This document shows positions 28,736 through 37,787 of a DNA stretch of 64,000 bases, piece after piece (position 1 is the first letter of the stretch; every line of letters begins with the position of its first letter). Under the pieces are notes generated by a model. The model worked only from the letters and a program-made list of their open reading frames with translations, did no database searches and was not told the origin of the DNA. Location of the stretch: NCBI GenBank assembly GCA_027491395.1, contig JAOZFI010000039.1, forward strand, positions 51,044 to 115,043. The letters are read 5' to 3'. The position numbers and the translations under genes are program-made. Source of the DNA: Thermoproteota archaeon. GTDB taxonomy: Archaea > Korarchaeota > Korarchaeia > Korarchaeales > Korarchaeaceae.

Positions 28736-29572
28736 ATGTGGCTCGATCCCATATCACTTCTATGGTGGTTATTCATATTCTACCTGCTCATGGCCCCCCA
28801 GCTCCAGCATAGGGCCATCCAGAACGCCAGAAGAAAGGTCATGGAGGCCCTAGCTAGGAAGAGGGGGAGCAGCGTGATAACTCTCATCCACAGGGAGGAG
28901 TCCATCGGCCTGTTCGGGATACCCTTCTACAAGTTCATCGATATCGACGATTCCGAGAGCGTCCTTAGAGCGATAAGATCCACGCCTCCGGACACCCCCA
29001 TTGATCTGATAATCCACACACCTGGAGGCCTCGTGCTGGCAGCCTCCCAGATAGCTAGGGCTCTGAAGAAGCACCCGGCGAAGACAACTGTCATAGTCCC
29101 CCACTACGCCATGAGCGGTGGTACCCTCATAGCCTTGGCAGCTGACGAGATAATCATGGACGAGAACGCCGTTCTAGGTCCGGTAGACCCTCAACTGGGT
29201 CAGTTCCCAGCCCCATCTTTGATAAAGGTCGTTGAGAAGAAGAGCGTGGACAAGGTCGATGATCAGACCTTGATACTAGCTGACGTAGCCGGAAAGGCGA
29301 TAAATCAGGTGAGGGAGCTCGTTACATGGCTTCTTGAGGATAAGCTGGGTAGGGAGAAGGCTGAGGAGGTGGCGAAAACGCTGACAGAGGGAAGATGGAC
29401 TCACGATTATCCCATAACCGTAGAAGTTGCGAAGGAGCTAGGTCTTCTCGTTTCCACTGATGTGCCGTCAGAGGTCTATCAACTCATGGAACTCTTTCCA
29501 CAACCCTTGAAGACGAGGACTCAGAGTGTTGAATTCTTCCCTGCCCTGCCCAAGGGCGAGGGCAAGGCATGA
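28736..29572 (+). CDS. SDH-family ClpP-class membrane serine protease
   Basis: HTPGG, AMSGGT, LGPVDPQ, WTHDYPI; N-terminal TM. Confidence 0.9.
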   Translation: MWLDPISLLWWLFIFYLLMAPQLQHRAIQNARRKVMEALARKRGSSVITLIHREESIGLFGIPFYKFIDIDDSESVLRAIRSTPPDTPIDLIIHTPGGLVLAASQIARALKKHPAKTTVIVPHYAMSGGTLIALAADEIIMDENAVLGPVDPQLGQFPAPSLIKVVEKKSVDKVDDQTLILADVAGKAINQVRELVTWLLEDKLGREKAEEVAKTLTEGRWTHDYPITVEVAKELGLLVSTDVPSEVYQLMELFPQPLKTRTQSVEFFPALPKGEGKA

Positions 29573-29622
29573 CTTTCACCATAGTTATTATTTTTATTTT
29601 TCTGTAATGGTCATGTAGGGAG

Positions 29623-30069
29623 ATGCCGATGGATTCCGAGGAGATTAAGGCCAAGATCCTTTATGCCCTTAGGTTCGTCACGGATCCCGAAATACCGATA
29701 AATGTGGTCGACTTGGGACTGATCAGGAAGCTGGAGGTGGAAGACTCTAAAGTGTATCTGAGGGTGGTGATGACCGCCCCTGGCTGCCCGTATTCCTCAA
29801 TGATAGTTCAGCAGATAGAGGAGAGCATAAGGAGTGCGATACCCGAGCTCGAGGAGGTCAAGGTGGAGCTCGAGATATTCCCCCCTTGGACCCCATTCGA
29901 CATGACCGAGAGGGGGAGGGAGCAGTTCAAGAAGATGTACGGTTATGATCTGGCCGAGGGGTTCCTGAAGAGGTACGGTAGTGTAGAAAACTACTATGAA
30001 CTAGTGAGAAAGTACTACGGCCTAGACAAGGAGTCCAAAAAAGAGGGTGAGAGGGATTCCCAAGCCTGA
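29623..30069 (+). CDS. DUF59/SufT metal-sulfur cluster assembly factor
   Basis: DPEIPINVVDLGL, TAPGCP, PPWT. Confidence 0.9.
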   Translation: MPMDSEEIKAKILYALRFVTDPEIPINVVDLGLIRKLEVEDSKVYLRVVMTAPGCPYSSMIVQQIEESIRSAIPELEEVKVELEIFPPWTPFDMTERGREQFKKMYGYDLAEGFLKRYGSVENYYELVRKYYGLDKESKKEGERDSQA

Positions 30070-30199
30070 AATCACCTGAATTTAGGCATCCTCGTATCTT
30101 TCAAAAATTTTTGTCGTTATAATGTCGAAAAGACCTAATGCGATTCCCCAGATCGCCTTTTTAAGTAATCCCTTCCATTCTAGGAGGGGGTGTCCTCCC

Positions 30200-31363
30200 A
30201 TTAGAGCAGCAGTTTTGGGTGCCGGATCAGTTGGTAAGGCCATATCGTATGACCTTTACGAAAGGGTGACGGGTTCCGACCTCATCCTCGTCGACAAATG
30301 CAGGCCCTGCCTTGAGGAGGCCTCAAAACTTATCGGCAGGTCTGAAGTCAAGCAAGTGGAGATAAGGGGAGAGGACGACATCTACAGGATAATAAAGGAT
30401 GTGGATGCGGCTGTCAACGCCCTCCCCGGGCGCTTCGGCAGGGCCTCCTGGATGGCCGCCATTAAGGCTGGCGTAGACCTAGTGGACGTGAGCTACTCCC
30501 CTGATGACCCCACCCAGTACCATGTGCAGGCTAGCGATGCCGGGGTGACGATAATTCCGGATGCCGGTGTGGCCCCTGGACTCAGCAACATGATGGCTGG
30601 AAGGGCCTACGCCCAGCTTGAGGAGGTCAAGGAGCTCAAAATATACGTTGGCGGAATTCCCGAAAAGCCGATACCTCCTCTCGGATACCTGGTGACTTGG
30701 AGCCCAGAGGACCTGATCGATGAGTACGTTAGGCCCGCTAGGGTCATCAACAAAGGTAACATCATTGAGAGGCCTGCTGTCAGCGAGATCGAGAAGGTCT
30801 TCATACCCGGTGTGGGTGAGCTCGAGGCCTTCCTCACCGACGGACTCAGGACCATGCTCAAGACCCTCAAGGGAGTGGAGGTCATGGAGGAGAAGACCCT
30901 CAGGTGGCCCGGGCACGCAGAGAAGATAGAGCTTCTGAAGGTGCTTGGGTACTTGGACAAGGATCCACTCGACCTCAACGGATCGAGTGTGAGCCCCGCT
31001 AATGTGACCGCCAAACTGTGGAGGGAGAAGCTCAAGGGGGACACGAAGGATATGGTGGTCCTCAGGGTAATTGCCAGCGGTAGGACGAGCCTTAACAATG
31101 TAGAGATAGAGTACAGGATGGTCGACAGGTACGACGAGAACACGGGATTCTCGGCGGTGGCTAGGACTACCGCCTTCGTCGCCACCGGTATGCTCAAGCT
31201 CATAACCGAGGGATCCATTCCGGGACCGGGAGTGATTCCACCGGAGGTCATAGGGATGGATGAGAGCCTCTTCTCATCAGTGGCTGAGTGGCTCTCTTGG
31301 AGGGGAATAAATATACTGGAGAGGGTGACCGAGTCTAGGAGGATCCCCTCTATTCCTTCCTGA
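30200..31363 (+). CDS. Saccharopine dehydrogenase/lysine 6-dehydrogenase family oxidoreductase
   Basis: GAGSVG, ALPG, DAGVAPGLSN, VGGIP, TWSPEDLIDEY, TDGLRT, TLRWPGH; start uncertain (ATT 30200 proposed, ATG 30122 in track). Confidence 0.85.
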   Translation: MRAAVLGAGSVGKAISYDLYERVTGSDLILVDKCRPCLEEASKLIGRSEVKQVEIRGEDDIYRIIKDVDAAVNALPGRFGRASWMAAIKAGVDLVDVSYSPDDPTQYHVQASDAGVTIIPDAGVAPGLSNMMAGRAYAQLEEVKELKIYVGGIPEKPIPPLGYLVTWSPEDLIDEYVRPARVINKGNIIERPAVSEIEKVFIPGVGELEAFLTDGLRTMLKTLKGVEVMEEKTLRWPGHAEKIELLKVLGYLDKDPLDLNGSSVSPANVTAKLWREKLKGDTKDMVVLRVIASGRTSLNNVEIEYRMVDRYDENTGFSAVARTTAFVATGMLKLITEGSIPGPGVIPPEVIGMDESLFSSVAEWLSWRGINILERVTESRRIPSIPS

Positions 31364-31673
31364 GTTTCTCCTCCACCACCCTCACTTTGTAATCCATCGT
31401 TATCGTCTTGTCCCTCCTGTCATCTATCTTTATGACGGTAACCACTCTAGGCGCTCCCTTGGAGAAGGGAACCTCGTGCATCTCCTTCAACACCTTGAAG
31501 AGTTCGTCTAGGTCCCCCTCTATTACCGTAGATGTGGGGGTCAGCTGGTAATTGAGACCCGACCGCTTCACCACCTTCAAAGCCTCGGCAACGTAATCGC
31601 TGACGCTGGCCCCCACCCCAACGGGGACTATCGTTATTTCCGCCATGGGCATGAGATCACCCGCGCTTACCAA
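31350..31673 (-). CDS. MTH1187/thiamine-binding protein family
   Basis: AEITIVPVG..SVSDYVA, T.IEG, RVVTVIKIDDRRDK. Confidence 0.9.
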   Translation of the reverse strand: MVSAGDLMPMAEITIVPVGVGASVSDYVAEALKVVKRSGLNYQLTPTSTVIEGDLDELFKVLKEMHEVPFSKGAPRVVTVIKIDDRRDKTITMDYKVRVVEEKLRKE

Positions 31674-31685
31674 GAGCTGAACAGA

Positions 31686-32039
31686 TTAAGTATTACCCTC
31701 ACCATCGCTTCCATCCTCGTTGGAGCTTCGATCAAATCGCCTGCCTAGGCTGATGAAGAACTCTCTATTCAGGTGTATATCGAAATCTGCCGTCCTATAA
31801 TACTTCCTGATGATCGCTCTCTCCTCATCCACCTCAGTTTCCACGGTGAGCAGTCCTTTCTTAACAAGCTCCTTGAGATGGAGGATAAGAAGGGGCTTAG
31901 AAACTCCTAAGAGACTCCTGAGTTCCCGGTTGCTCCTTCTCCTCAAGGAACAGAGGGCTAGAATTCTAAGTCTTAACGGGTGGGATAAAGCCTTCATTAG
32001 AGAGGACAATGATTTTACCTCTTCCTCTGCCTCATTCAA
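31686..32039 (-). CDS. ArsR-family winged-helix regulator
   Basis: KALSHPLRLRIL..LGVSKP..HLKEL..GLL..RKYY. Confidence 0.88.
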   Translation of the reverse strand: MNEAEEEVKSLSSLMKALSHPLRLRILALCSLRRRSNRELRSLLGVSKPLLILHLKELVKKGLLTVETEVDEERAIIRKYYRTADFDIHLNREFFISLGRRFDRSSNEDGSDGEGNT

Positions 32040-32046
32040 TAAACCT

Positions 32047-32454
32047 TCACTCCCTCATTTCTTCCCTTAACTCTCTTATCTCCCGTTTTAATCCTCTGAT
32101 TTCCTCTAGGAGTTCCTTAATGAGCGTGGAAAGCTCCTCTTCAGAGTCCGATCTCGAGAAACTACTTGAGGGTTTCCCTAACAACTCTTTGAAGAGATAG
32201 AAGATCACTAAGATCACTCCTACTACTATAATGATGTTCAACAGAGGACTTAGTACTGGTCCCCAGTCAGGTCCGGGTGGTAGAGGCGGTAGGGCATCTG
32301 GAGAGGAAGGCCCGATTGGTTCTGCTAGAGATTGAGCCTCAGGAGACTTGGGTGGCTCGATAGGTATAAGCGCAACGGTCTGTGAGAGAACCGCCATCGT
32401 GGAAGAAACGCCTATCAGCAGCATCAGAGTGAAGATCACCATATACTTTGTCAT
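32047..32454 (-). CDS. Hypothetical membrane protein (Pro-rich linker, TM, C-terminal coiled-coil)
   Basis: Two hydrophobic segments; directly upstream of the ArsR gene on the same strand. Confidence 0.65.
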   Translation of the reverse strand: MTKYMVIFTLMLLIGVSSTMAVLSQTVALIPIEPPKSPEAQSLAEPIGPSSPDALPPLPPGPDWGPVLSPLLNIIIVVGVILVIFYLFKELLGKPSSSFSRSDSEEELSTLIKELLEEIRGLKREIRELREEMRE

Positions 32455-32456
32455 AG

Positions 32457-32478
32457 ATATCTTACCCGGATAAGATAT
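32457..32478. promoter_or_regulatory. Palindromic operator, probably for ArsR autoregulation
   Basis: ATATCTTA-CCCGGA-TAAGATAT immediately upstream of the first gene of the ArsR operon. Confidence 0.6.
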
Positions 32479-32559
32479 TACTAACCCTATCTAATAAAGT
32501 TTTCTCGAGATCTAGTTCGGAAACATTATACGGGAATAGCTAACACATCTTCGGTGAAT

Positions 32560-33327
32560 ATGAAGCCAGAAAGGTTCAAATTCGGTGTGGAACCCCTAGA
32601 TTTCCTCTTGCCCCAGGGCATACTCAGGAGCAGTCTGATAGGCGTCTTCGGGGAAACTGGTACTGGAAAGAGTGTCCTGCTAAATGAGATAGCGTATCGA
32701 ACCCTCAAACGAGGTGACAGGGTCCTCATGGTCCTGCTGGAAGATACACCCGCCTCTAGACTGATGAACTTCGCCGCTCTGGGCTTTGATGTGATGGGCT
32801 ACGTGAGGAAGGGCGACCTTGAATTCTTGGACTGCTTCTCCTACAGGCTCAGGGAGAAGGGTATAGATCTGCCCGAGGACCTCGCCAAGGTCTTGGACGG
32901 TGCCAAGGGAATAGTGAACGTCGAGGATCCTAGGAACCTTGACACATTCTGGGATCAGATTGAAAGGGACGCCAGAAGCATGAGAGGGAGGGGGATCGTC
33001 CTGATAGATTCACTGACCGAGTTTCTGACGATAACCCCAGATCCATCCTCGCTCTTGGACCTGATGAAGGTAGTGAAGGCGGTAGTGAGTAAGCACTACA
33101 TGGTCCCAGTCATATACACCTTCCACTTCGGGTTCTTCGACGACTTCAGGTACGTACTGGAGGTCGCCTCTGACGGGGTCTTGGACCTCAGATTCAACCC
33201 AGAGGTGATAAAGGAACTCCTGATAAAACAGATGAGGGTAAGGAGGATGAGCGGGTCTAGGCACAGGCCTGACTGGGTTACCTTCGATGTGGAACCCGGC
33301 AAGGGGCTCGTCATCCTGAGGAAGTGA
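32560..33327 (+). CDS. KaiC/RAD55-like single-domain ATPase
   Basis: Walker A GETGTGKS, Walker B LIDS, SDGVLDLR, RRMSGSRH. Confidence 0.88.
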   Translation: MKPERFKFGVEPLDFLLPQGILRSSLIGVFGETGTGKSVLLNEIAYRTLKRGDRVLMVLLEDTPASRLMNFAALGFDVMGYVRKGDLEFLDCFSYRLREKGIDLPEDLAKVLDGAKGIVNVEDPRNLDTFWDQIERDARSMRGRGIVLIDSLTEFLTITPDPSSLLDLMKVVKAVVSKHYMVPVIYTFHFGFFDDFRYVLEVASDGVLDLRFNPEVIKELLIKQMRVRRMSGSRHRPDWVTFDVEPGKGLVILRK

Positions 33328-33333
33328 TCCCGG

Positions 33334-33978
33334 TTGAGAAGCTCGATGAATGCAGCTAAGGCGATCCTGAGATCGATGGGTTTCGAGATCGTCGGGGAGA
33401 GGATTCCGATCAGGAGGGGAGGCTTCGAGATAAGCGACGTGGACATCATGGCCTCAAAAGGAGGTGAACTTTACGCAGTGGAGGTCAAGAGCGGCAGGCT
33501 GGACGTTGGAGGGGTGAGACAAGCTTATGTAAACTCCCTCCTGGTAAATGCGAAGCCCTTAGTCGTCTGTAGGGGATTCGCAGATCCTTCAGCTGAGATT
33601 CTAGCAAAGGAGCTGGAGATAGAGGTGATTGTGCTTGAGGACCTCCTCTTGTCCGACCCTGAGGAGTTGAGATCCATCATAAGGGAAGAGATAAGGAGGG
33701 GGATCATGGAAGTACTGCCCGCGGTGATCAATCCCCCTGAACTGGAATCCGTGGACTTGAATGTGCTTAGGGCGATAGCCTCCACGGAAGGGTTCAAAGA
33801 GGCTGCTGAGATCCTCAAGGTCACTGAAGACGATCTGGGTAGGGAACTGGGAAGGATGAGGCGTCAGGGGAAGATACCTAGGTGGGTGAGGGATTACTCC
33901 GAGCTGAAGGAGTGGGCCATCTCCCTCTTGAAATCCCATGGGGAAACTTTTTCTCGTAGGTCCACTGATAAGGAGTGA
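33334..33978 (+). CDS. PD-(D/E)xK endonuclease-like protein (YraN/Mrr-like) with a C-terminal HTH
   Basis: DVDIMA..AVEVK..VRQAY; C-terminal EAAEIL..L..ELGR. Confidence 0.75.
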   Translation: MRSSMNAAKAILRSMGFEIVGERIPIRRGGFEISDVDIMASKGGELYAVEVKSGRLDVGGVRQAYVNSLLVNAKPLVVCRGFADPSAEILAKELEIEVIVLEDLLLSDPEELRSIIREEIRRGIMEVLPAVINPPELESVDLNVLRAIASTEGFKEAAEILKVTEDDLGRELGRMRRQGKIPRWVRDYSELKEWAISLLKSHGETFSRRSTDKE

Positions 33979-34562
33979 TGAGGGCGATTCTGATAGTCGT
34001 TGCGGTGCTGATCATCTTGGGTGCTATCCTTCTCCTTTTAGGAACATCCTTAAGCCCTCAGAAATCTCCCGAGACCACTTCAAGTGCTGGTGGAGGTGGG
34101 AGTTTGTCCTTCACCTTGAAGTCCGTGTTCGCTAATGGTGAGAGGATCCCCATCAAGTACACCTGCGATGGGGAGGATATATCCCCGCCCCTGAGCTGGG
34201 AGGGTCAGCCCGAGGGTGTCGTGAGCTACGTGTTGATAGTGGAGGATCCCGACGCCCCGATTGGGACGTTCACCCACTGGGTCATGTACAACATACCTGG
34301 CAAGCTGACCTCGCTACCAGAGGGTGTCCCCAAACAGAAGGAGACAGAGCTCGGCATGCAGGGGATCAACGATTTCAGGAGAGTAGGTTACGGTGGCCCC
34401 TGTCCTCCACCCGGGAAGCCCCACAGGTACTTCTTCAAGCTGTACGCCCTTGAATCCACCTTGGACCTCCCTCCAGGTGCGAGGAAGAGGGATGTCATCG
34501 AGGCCATGGAGGGTCATGTGCTGGCCCAATCCCAGATCATGGGCATCTACGGCAGGGGTTGA
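33975..34562 (+). CDS. YbhB/YbcL (PEBP) family protein, membrane-anchored
   Basis: YTCDG..SPPL.W, DPDAP..FTHW, YGGPCPP..HRY. Confidence 0.93.
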   Translation: MMRAILIVVAVLIILGAILLLLGTSLSPQKSPETTSSAGGGGSLSFTLKSVFANGERIPIKYTCDGEDISPPLSWEGQPEGVVSYVLIVEDPDAPIGTFTHWVMYNIPGKLTSLPEGVPKQKETELGMQGINDFRRVGYGGPCPPPGKPHRYFFKLYALESTLDLPPGARKRDVIEAMEGHVLAQSQIMGIYGRG

Positions 34563-34762
34563 CCCTCCTCATCACCCATTTTTGTGGAGCACCGCGATCA
34601 GCGAGTCCACTGAACGTTGGCTTGCCGATCAATCTCTTCATAATTGAGCTTTATTGAACCAGCGTCAGAAATGTAGGTTCCTATGGAAACTACTCTTGGA
34701 AAAATGAGATCATGGGTTAAGGCTTTATTTTATCGATCGGCCGCTAGGCCCAAGTGATTCTC

Positions 34763-36070
34763 ATGGGTAGACTCTCTAGAGAGGATGTGATCCGATTTTC
34801 CGACCAGTATATGATGACCAACGTGGCTAGGTGGTGGAAGGACGATCCAGTGGTCATAGAGTCAGGTAAGGGAGCAATTCTCAGAGATATGGATGGGAGG
34901 GAGTACATAGATCTCCATGCCATGCATGCGGTCGCCTCTCAGGGCTACTCTCATCCCAAGATAATTCAGGCGGTTAAGGAACAGCTTGAGAAGGTTTTTG
35001 TGGTAGCGACTGACTTTTATAACGAGCCCCAAGCCCTCCTCGCCAAGAAGCTTGCTGAGATAACCCCTCCAAAGCTCAAGAGGAGCTTCTTCGTGAATTC
35101 GGGGGCCGAAGCGGTTGAGACGGCCACCCTCCTCGCCAAGAGGGCCACCGGAAGGCCTGGAATTATAGCTCTGTGGGGTGCCTTCCACGGCAGGACCCAC
35201 ATGCCGAGGACCCTGACGGGTTTCTCGAAGTACAAGAAGGGCATGGGTCCCTTCCCTTATGGGGTGATGCATCTCCCCAACTACTACTGCTACAGGTGTC
35301 CCCTCGGCTTGGAGTATCCGAGCTGCAACCTTCAGTGCGCTAGAATGCTCGACGATGCCTTGAAATACGCTGCTCCTGAGGAAGTAGCGGCCTTCATAGC
35401 GGAGCCCATTCAGGGTACAGCCGGGAACATAGTTCCCCCGCCTGATTACTTCAGAATAGTCAAGAACATCCTCGATCAGTACGACATACTCTTCATCGCG
35501 GACGAGGTGATCACCGGCTTCGGTAGGACCGGGAAGCTCTTCGCTATAGAGCACTTCGGGGTGGAACCCGACATAATGACCATGGCCAAAGCTCTCGGGG
35601 GAGGCTTCCCGGTTTCCGCAGCTATAGCTAGTGAGGAGGTGGGTACGGCCTTCAAGCCTCTGGACCATTACTCCACCTATGGGGGCAATCCGCTCGCCAT
35701 GGCAGCGGCCCTCGCAGCCATAGAGGTCATAGAGGAGGAGGATTTGGTGGAGAAGTCGGCTAAGAACGGGGAATACATGTTAAAGAGGCTCAGGGAGCTC
35801 ATGGACAAACACGAGTTGATAGGGGAAGTAAACGGCAAGGGATTGCTCATCGGCTTGGAACTCGTTAAGGACAGGGAAACGAAGGAACCAGCAGTGGAAG
35901 AGGCGGCCAAGTTCAGAATAGAACTCAGGAAGAGGGGCGTTATAATAGGCCCGCCGGGATGGACTGGTTCCAGAATTAGGATAAATCCACCACTCGTGAT
36001 CACTAAGGAGCAGATAGACCGCGCGATAGAGGCCATCGACGAAGCGCTCACGGTTATAGAGAGAGAATGA
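34763..36070 (+). CDS. Class III PLP-dependent aminotransferase (GabT-like)
   Basis: NSGAEA, FHGRT, EPIQG, DEVITGFGRTG, AKALGGG. Confidence 0.92.
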   Translation: MGRLSREDVIRFSDQYMMTNVARWWKDDPVVIESGKGAILRDMDGREYIDLHAMHAVASQGYSHPKIIQAVKEQLEKVFVVATDFYNEPQALLAKKLAEITPPKLKRSFFVNSGAEAVETATLLAKRATGRPGIIALWGAFHGRTHMPRTLTGFSKYKKGMGPFPYGVMHLPNYYCYRCPLGLEYPSCNLQCARMLDDALKYAAPEEVAAFIAEPIQGTAGNIVPPPDYFRIVKNILDQYDILFIADEVITGFGRTGKLFAIEHFGVEPDIMTMAKALGGGFPVSAAIASEEVGTAFKPLDHYSTYGGNPLAMAAALAAIEVIEEEDLVEKSAKNGEYMLKRLRELMDKHELIGEVNGKGLLIGLELVKDRETKEPAVEEAAKFRIELRKRGVIIGPPGWTGSRIRINPPLVITKEQIDRAIEAIDEALTVIERE

Positions 36071-36071
36071 T

Positions 36072-36340
36072 TCTCGTCAGCTTAACACTAACAATTTTTT
36101 TACTTTTTATCGCTCTTTGTCGATACGAATCTCGGACTTATTTATTGACTTTTTTACGACGTAATTTCTCTAGTAAATTTTATTCAATTAAAACTTATAT
36201 AAGGTAAATTGAGCCAAACATAAGGCCTTTATCCACCTATAAGAAAAACGATTTTCCCCGTTTTCAGCTCATATTGAGCGCTGACTGGGACCTACTGTAG
36301 GAGAGGCTTTATATTTTATCGAATCTCGTCAGGTTAACAC
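36072..36340. repeat. 17-bp direct repeat (1 mismatch) bracketing an AT-rich intergenic region
   Basis: TCTCGTCAGCTTAACAC (36072-36088) and TCTCGTCAGGTTAACAC (36324-36340). Confidence 0.6.
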
Positions 36341-36359
36341 CTTAGGGGGTGTTACCCTA

Positions 36360-37739
36360 ATGGATACGAAGACATGGATCTTGGCTATCGTATTACTGAT
36401 TGTGGGTCTACTGGTGGGATATTTTGCCGCAGGTCCAAGTCAGGTTAAGACTATCACCACCACTAAAATGGTGGAGAAGACCGTTACCGTCACGAAGACG
36501 GTGGCTGGCACTACTCCTCAGCCGACCCAGACCACCACTGCCCCTGCTAAGAAGGTTGAGGTCAAGGTCGGTATTCTGCTTCCCTTGTCGGGAGGTTCCG
36601 CTTTCTCTGGTCAGGAGGATCTGAGGGGAATCCAGCTGGCTGCTCTTCACATAAATCAGAGTAAGTATCCGAATATCAAATTCACCATGAAGCTGGTAAT
36701 CGCAGATACTCAGACCAAGCAGGATGTGGCCGTTACGGAGCTGAGGAGGCTCGCTCAGGAGGGAGTGGTAGCGATAATAGGTGCTTATAACTCTGCAGTT
36801 ACTTACCCGTCCGCTGCTGAGGCTGAGAGGATCGGGCTACCTTACGTCGTGCCCGAGTCTGTATCAGACAAGATCACTGCTCAGGGATGGAAGTACGTGT
36901 TCAGGACCTGCGCCAACGCTAGTAAGTATGCTTACGACACACTCTGGGCCATGGCCGACATCGCTAAGGCCAATGGCGTGGAGGTAAAGTCCGTGGCCCT
37001 CATATACGAGAACTCCGACTTCGGTGTCACAACCACGGAAGGACTGAAGAAGTATCTGAACAAATTCTTCCCGAACGCTAAGATCGTGCACGAGGAGAGC
37101 TATCCGGCTGAGGAGATAACAAGCATGGACGACATGGTCGCTAAGCTCAAGGCCGAGAACCCTGACATAGTGTTCCACGTGGCCTATCTGAAGGACGCTG
37201 TCCTCTTCGTGCAAACCATGAAGAAGCTCAACTGGTACCCGAAGGCCTATGTGGGTGCCGGTGCTGGTGGACAAACTAGGGTAGAGTTCATAGAGCAGCT
37301 CGGAGCCGACGCCAACTACGCCTACACCCAGACCGAGTGGCAGCCCGACTTCCTGAACTCCAAGGCTCTCGCCAAGTGGGCTTGGATAAATGAGGACTTC
37401 AAGAAGCTCTATGGTAGGGACATGGTCGGCAGCTCCGCCCTAAACTACGTGGGCACCTACGTGCTCGCCGTGGCCATTCAGAAGGCTCTTGATTCGGGAG
37501 CTAACCCGAGCGACATAAAGGCGTTTAGGAAGGCCGTGAGGGATGCCCTCGAGACAATTAAGATACCCGCTGGCGAGCTTCCGCTCATGCCTTGGGGTGT
37601 AGATCTAACTGTACCCAACCACCAGAACCCCGAGGCCGCCGTGGCAATGGCCCAGATACTTGAAGGTAGGTTCAGAGTGGTCTGGCCAATAGAGTTCGCT
37701 CCAGTGAAGGCCGTGTTCCCAGCGCCCGGCTGGGGCTGA
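36360..37739 (+). CDS. Branched-chain amino acid-type ABC transporter substrate-binding protein
   Basis: N-terminal TM, Thr-rich linker, VGILLPLSG, IIGAYNS, YVFRT, ENSDFG. Confidence 0.92.
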   Translation: MDTKTWILAIVLLIVGLLVGYFAAGPSQVKTITTTKMVEKTVTVTKTVAGTTPQPTQTTTAPAKKVEVKVGILLPLSGGSAFSGQEDLRGIQLAALHINQSKYPNIKFTMKLVIADTQTKQDVAVTELRRLAQEGVVAIIGAYNSAVTYPSAAEAERIGLPYVVPESVSDKITAQGWKYVFRTCANASKYAYDTLWAMADIAKANGVEVKSVALIYENSDFGVTTTEGLKKYLNKFFPNAKIVHEESYPAEEITSMDDMVAKLKAENPDIVFHVAYLKDAVLFVQTMKKLNWYPKAYVGAGAGGQTRVEFIEQLGADANYAYTQTEWQPDFLNSKALAKWAWINEDFKKLYGRDMVGSSALNYVGTYVLAVAIQKALDSGANPSDIKAFRKAVRDALETIKIPAGELPLMPWGVDLTVPNHQNPEAAVAMAQILEGRFRVVWPIEFAPVKAVFPAPGWG

Positions 37740-37772
37740 TTCCCATTTCTTCCCATTTTTCACTTCTTTCTC
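37740..37772 (+). terminator. Pyrimidine-rich archaeal terminator-like tract after the binding-protein gene
   Basis: TTCCCATTTCTTCCCATTTTTCACTTCTTT directly after the stop. Confidence 0.4.
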
Positions 37773-37787
37773 AGGAGGTGAACCTCC

